Translations under genes and position numbers: made by a program
Assembly: GCF_006345805.1 (NCBI RefSeq)
Contig: NC_043007.1
Coordinates: 18,972,001 to 19,036,000, forward strand
DNA from: Octopus sinensis
Taxonomy: Eukaryota
DNA length: 64,000 bases
Reading direction: 5' to 3'
The notes under the pieces: model-generated
Databases searched by the model: none
Told to the model about the DNA's origin: nothing
What the model saw: the letters and a program-made list of their open reading frames with translations, nothing else
Part shown: positions 59,149 to 64,000 of the stretch, piece by piece
How the letters are laid out: each line of letters starts with the position of its first letter
Position numbering within the stretch: position 1 is the first letter of the stretch

Positions 59149-60446
59149 TAATCAATATGCGATGATCCCTATCTTTGTGGGCAAAAAAGCCATTTTTCAA
59201 GCAGGGGGTGTCGGGTTCAATCTCACTGCGTGGCGCTTCGAGCGAGTGTTTTCTACTATTAACCTACGGCCGACCGATGCCTTGTGAGGAAATTTGAAAG
59301 ACGGAAACAGGAAGGATTTTAAACACCGAGTTGGTAACGACCGACATTCGTTGGGTTAATGATGCACTCATGTTCTACATTGGAAATTATGGGTGAATTA
59401 GAAGGCGCGGTTTCCAACTGGCAATTAACAAACAAAGCTTAGAAATCATAGAAATATTCAACAGAAGAATCTAATTTCATTTGTCTAATTTAGTTTACCG
59501 TTCAACATGGACGTCAAATAATCTGAGATTTCTAATATAATATATATTTCTTTACTACCCACAAGGGGCTAAACACAGAGGGGGCAAACAAGGACAGACA
59601 AACGGATTAAGTCGATTATATCGACCCCAGTGCGAAACTGGTACTTTATTTATCGACCCCGAAAGGATGAAAGGTAAAGTCGACCTCGGCGGAATTTGAA
59701 CTCAGAACGTAATGGCTGACGAAATACGGCTACGCATTTCGCCCGGCGCGCTAACGTTTCTGCCAGCTCGCCGCCTTGTCTCTAATATAATATATGCCCG
59801 CACGCACGCATGCACGCACGCACACACATACACACCGTTTACTTGTAAACGGGTTTTATTAACTCAATTATCTTAAAGATGGGACGATTTTTGTGCTCGT
59901 ATTGCGAATTTCTGCTCGTACCTCAAGACAAAAATTTGCACGAGTCTCGGCTCGTACAGCAGATTATTCGTATAATGGGACACTCGTACTGCGAGGTTCT
60001 ACTATATTTAAAAAAAAAAATTTTGGTAGGTCGATAACAGTTTATTCAAATTAGCCGCCTTCAGCTTCCACCCTGACCTCAACAAGGCTCTGGAACCAGG
60101 CGCATGCGTTCTTCACTGTGTCCTTGGGACGGTCTTTGTGTAAACCTTCATCGTGGCCATCATCTTGGCCTTGGTATTGCATCCGGTAAAGCGGCGAGCT
60201 GGCAGACACGTTAGCATGCAGGACGAAATGCTTAGTGGTATTTCGTCTGCCGTTACGTTCTGAGTTCAAATTCCACCGTTGTCAACTTTGCCTTTCATCC
60301 TTTCGGGGTCGATAAATTAAGCACCAGTTACACACTGGGGTCGATGTAATCGACTTAATCCGTTTGTCTGTCCTTGTTTGTCCCCTCTGTGTTTAGCTCC
60401 TTGTGGGTAGTAAAGAAATAGGATAGGCAGATAGATGGATGGAAGG

Positions 60447-60494
<48 letters not shown>

Positions 60495-61124
60495 GATAGA
60501 TAGATAGATAGGTCGGCGTCTTTCTGAACAATTTTACGACGGTCGAGCCACTCAGATGCAAGGGAAATAACTCTGATTTGCTTCTTGTCATATAACGTTT
60601 GTGAAAAGAAAAAACAAAAAAATTCCAACAGAATTCGATCGATTTAAGTTTGTAGTCAACGATAATTAACCCCAGGTCAAAGGAATTCCAGCCATGACCA
60701 CTCCGTTTTTTTATTTTCAGGTTAAAATTCTACCCCGACTACATTATCTGTGTGAGTCTTTGACTATATTTTAACAGTAATATGTCTTGAGGAAGACTTC
60801 GCTACTATTTCTACTAAACCGAGCGAACACTTTGAGGTGCCATTAACTGTGCCCCTGACCCTCCCCCCGCAAATCACAAGACCCCCCTCTTGTTGTGACA
60901 CTGTTTCCCCCCTCTTGATTTATTGTATAGATTCCTTCTTTCATATTTTTTAAATCTTTTTGTTTGTTTCAATCATTGGACTGCGGCCATGCTGGGGCAT
61001 CACCTTTGAAGGGTTTTAGTCGAACGGATTGACCCCCACCCCAACACTTATTTATTCAATCGGTCTCTAAGTTATAGAGACGTAAACAAACCGACACCGG
61101 TTGCCAAGCACTGGTGTGGGGCAA

Positions 61125-61166
<42 letters not shown>

Positions 61167-61406
61167 GACGGACGTCTACACAGTTTCTGTCTACCGTATT
61201 CACGCAAAAGGCAGTAACTGACCCATGGGTAGGGGCTTTAGTAGAAGACACTTGCTCGAGGTGCCACGTAGTGGGACTGAACACAGATCTTCGTACTTGT
61301 AAAACGACCTTCTTACCACTCAGCCGATTGAGATTATCGCTCATTGATTAATCTTCGTTTTTTTCCCCCACTATATTGGACATTCTTCATATTAAATAAA
61401 TAAATA

Positions 61407-61438
<32 letters not shown>

Positions 61439-61908
61439 AAAAAGGAGTAAAAGATTCCGGGGAGTTTTGGGAACATTCAACGTAAGTCAGTTTGAGTTAT
61501 CTCCCTTGAACATTCACTTCTCCGAAATTCAGAAATGTTTGAGAATGTGGGATTAATCTTCCTAATCGACGAAGTCACCGCTGTTTCCGAGCCAGTTGGG
61601 GCACCTCTGTGTGATATTTCGATCCGGTAGAGATAACTGCCACGTCTCTGTGTGTTAAGAAGTTTGCTACGTGGTTTCGGGCTTGGTCTCATATGTGTCA
61701 TTTTGGGCTAGTGTCTTCTGGTAAAGCCCCAGGCCGACCAGAGCTTTGCGAATGAGTTTGATAGACTGAAAGAAGCCCGTCTTATACATACATGCATATA
61801 TACACACACACACATATACATACATACATGCATATATACACACACATATACATAAATACATACATACATACACACATACATACATACATACATACATACA
61901 TACATACA

Positions 61909-61960
<52 letters not shown>

Positions 61961-62018
61961 CATACATACATACATACATACATACATACATACATACATA
62001 CATGCATGCATACATACA

Positions 62019-62052
<34 letters not shown>

Positions 62053-62699
62053 CATACACACACATATACATACATACATATATGTGTGTGTGTGTGTGGC
62101 TTTTCAATTTACGTTTCTTTTCGTTATTGTTAGGGGTGCTTCGGATTGTTACTGTAGTCGTCTTCTGGCTGCTGTTTTTAGCGTTCTGGTGCCACTTGTA
62201 GCACCCTTAATGACTAATTATTAATTTTTTGCCTTATGTTGTTACCTTGATGTTGTTACCTTGATATTACTGTAAACAATTTAGCACGCCAAGCGAAATG
62301 CTTAGCGGTATTTCGTCTGCCGCTGCATTCTGAGTTCAAATGCCGCCCAGGTCGACTTTGCCTTTCATCCTTTCGAGGTCGATAAATTAAGTACCAGTTA
62401 CGCACTGGTGTCGATATAATCGACTTAATCCGTTTGTTTGTCCTCGTTTGTCCCCTCCGTGTTTAGCCCCTTGTGGATAGTAAAGAAATAACTATTTCGT
62501 CTGTATTTGTGTTCTGAGTTCAAATTCCGCCGTGGTCCACTTCGCTTTTCATCCTTTCAGGGTCGATTAAATAAGTACCAGTTACGCACTGGGGTCGATG
62601 TAATCGACTTAATCCCTTTGTCTGTCCTTGTTTGTCCCCTCTGTGTGTAGCCCCTTGTGAGCAGCAAAGAAATAAGAATAAGAAAGAACTTAGCTGGTT

Positions 62700-63333
62700 G
62701 CTAGATAGACTACAAGAAAGTCTGCGACAATGTTGTGCACGGCTGGATTTTGGAGTGCTTGAGGATACAAGGGGGCCTTTGAGAAGATTAAATGGTTTTG
62801 TGGACAGAAAAAATAATAAGTGAGATCATGGGAAGTAGAAGTGACATCCGTAAGAACTGACATCATTAAGAAACTGGGAAATTCATAGGGTGATATTTCA
62901 GGGAGACACACCCTTTCCATTACTTTATGTAATTGCGCAAATCCGTCTGATAAACATAATAAGGAATTTCAGATTTGCTCATAAGTTTTCTTAAACCAAG
63001 GTGAAAATAACTTACTTGCTTTGTAAAGATAATCTCAACCTTGACACGAAAAATAATAAAAGGACCTGGATTCTCTAACCCAAACAATAAGAATCTTTAG
63101 CGAGGATGTTGGGATGCAGCTTAGGGTCAGTAAGTACTCTTTTACTTGTTTCAGTTATTCGACTACGGCCATGCTGGAGCACCGCCTTTAGTCGAGCAAA
63201 TCGACCCCAGGACTTATTCTATGTAAGCCTAGTACTTATTCTATCGGTCTCTTTTGCTCAACTGCAAAGTTATAGGGACGTAAACACATCAGCATCGGTT
63301 GTCAAGCGATGTTGGGGGAACAAACACAGACAT

Positions 63334-63364
<31 letters not shown>

Positions 63365-63860
63365 CACGCACACACACATATATATATATACATATACATA
63401 TATACGACGGGCTTCTTTCAGTTTCCGTCAAACCAAATCCACTCACAATACTTTGGTCGGCCCAAGGCTATAGTAGAAGACACTTGCCCAAGGTGCCACG
63501 CAGTGGGACTGAACCCGGAACCATGTGGTTGGTAAGCAAGCTATTTAGCACACAGCCACTCCTGTGCCTAAGTGTTCAGTTTTAATTATGAAAAAAAGTT
63601 GAAAGGTTAAATCTGATGGTATCAAAATTAGCCCAAGAGATAATGAGGGATTTCAGTACCCAGGGATGCTGCAACACAATAGGATAATGGAAGGAGAAAT
63701 GAGAAACCACTAAGGAGTACAAGAGAAGAGTAGGGAGATACTCGGAGCAACACTAAATGGAGAGAAAATGATGAAAAGTAATGAACTGATGAGCCATTAC
63801 TATAATCTGTTTCTCGTTTAAAATAGACAGAGAGAGCTACAGAAAAAGGGTAGCAAAAAT
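62700..63860 (+). mobile_element. Degenerate R4/Dong-like LINE RT fragment interrupted by a SINE (63135-63568)
   Basis: Frameshifted DYKK..DNVVHGWIL.ECL, IFQGDT..PLL.VIA and, after the SINE, FQYPGML...KEYKRRV..IL.ATLNG. Confidence 0.65.
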
Positions 63861-64000
63861 TAGGGGGCTGCTTAAAATGCACAGCACACACCACTATAAA
63901 ATTAATACCTATTTCTTTACTACCCACAAGGGGCTAAACACAGAGAGGACAAACAAGGTCAGACAAACGGATTAAGTCGATTATATCGACCCCAGTGCGT

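Overview
Eukaryotic (metazoan) genomic DNA, very rich in microsatellites and SINEs; the repeat families look like those of Octopus (inference, no database search). The only supportable protein-coding gene is an EML5/EML6-type echinoderm microtubule-associated protein-like gene (HELP + WD40 TAPE repeats) on the minus strand. I traced 27 coding exons by hand from the ATG at 46587 to 539. All junctions are GT-AG and in phase, giving 4728 nt (1576 aa), and the gene continues off the left edge. Introns and the upstream ~17 kb hold tRNA-derived SINEs, RTE-tail repeats, CR1, RTE and R4/Dong LINE fragments, mariner/pogo elements and Helitrons. Most ORFs in the supplied track are microsatellite artefacts. 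Best second-look items: three minimal type I hammerhead ribozyme motifs (two with intact cores, one of them sense in EML6 intron 2); a 119-bp-arm foldback inserted with a 15-bp duplication into a hammerhead-bearing repeat; a TTAGGG tract inside inverted repeats; two genomic A's where A-to-I editing would restore conserved residues; a candidate poison exon; an RFX/E2F/NF-Y promoter region; and a ~0.9-kb-period duplication that looks like an assembly artefact.
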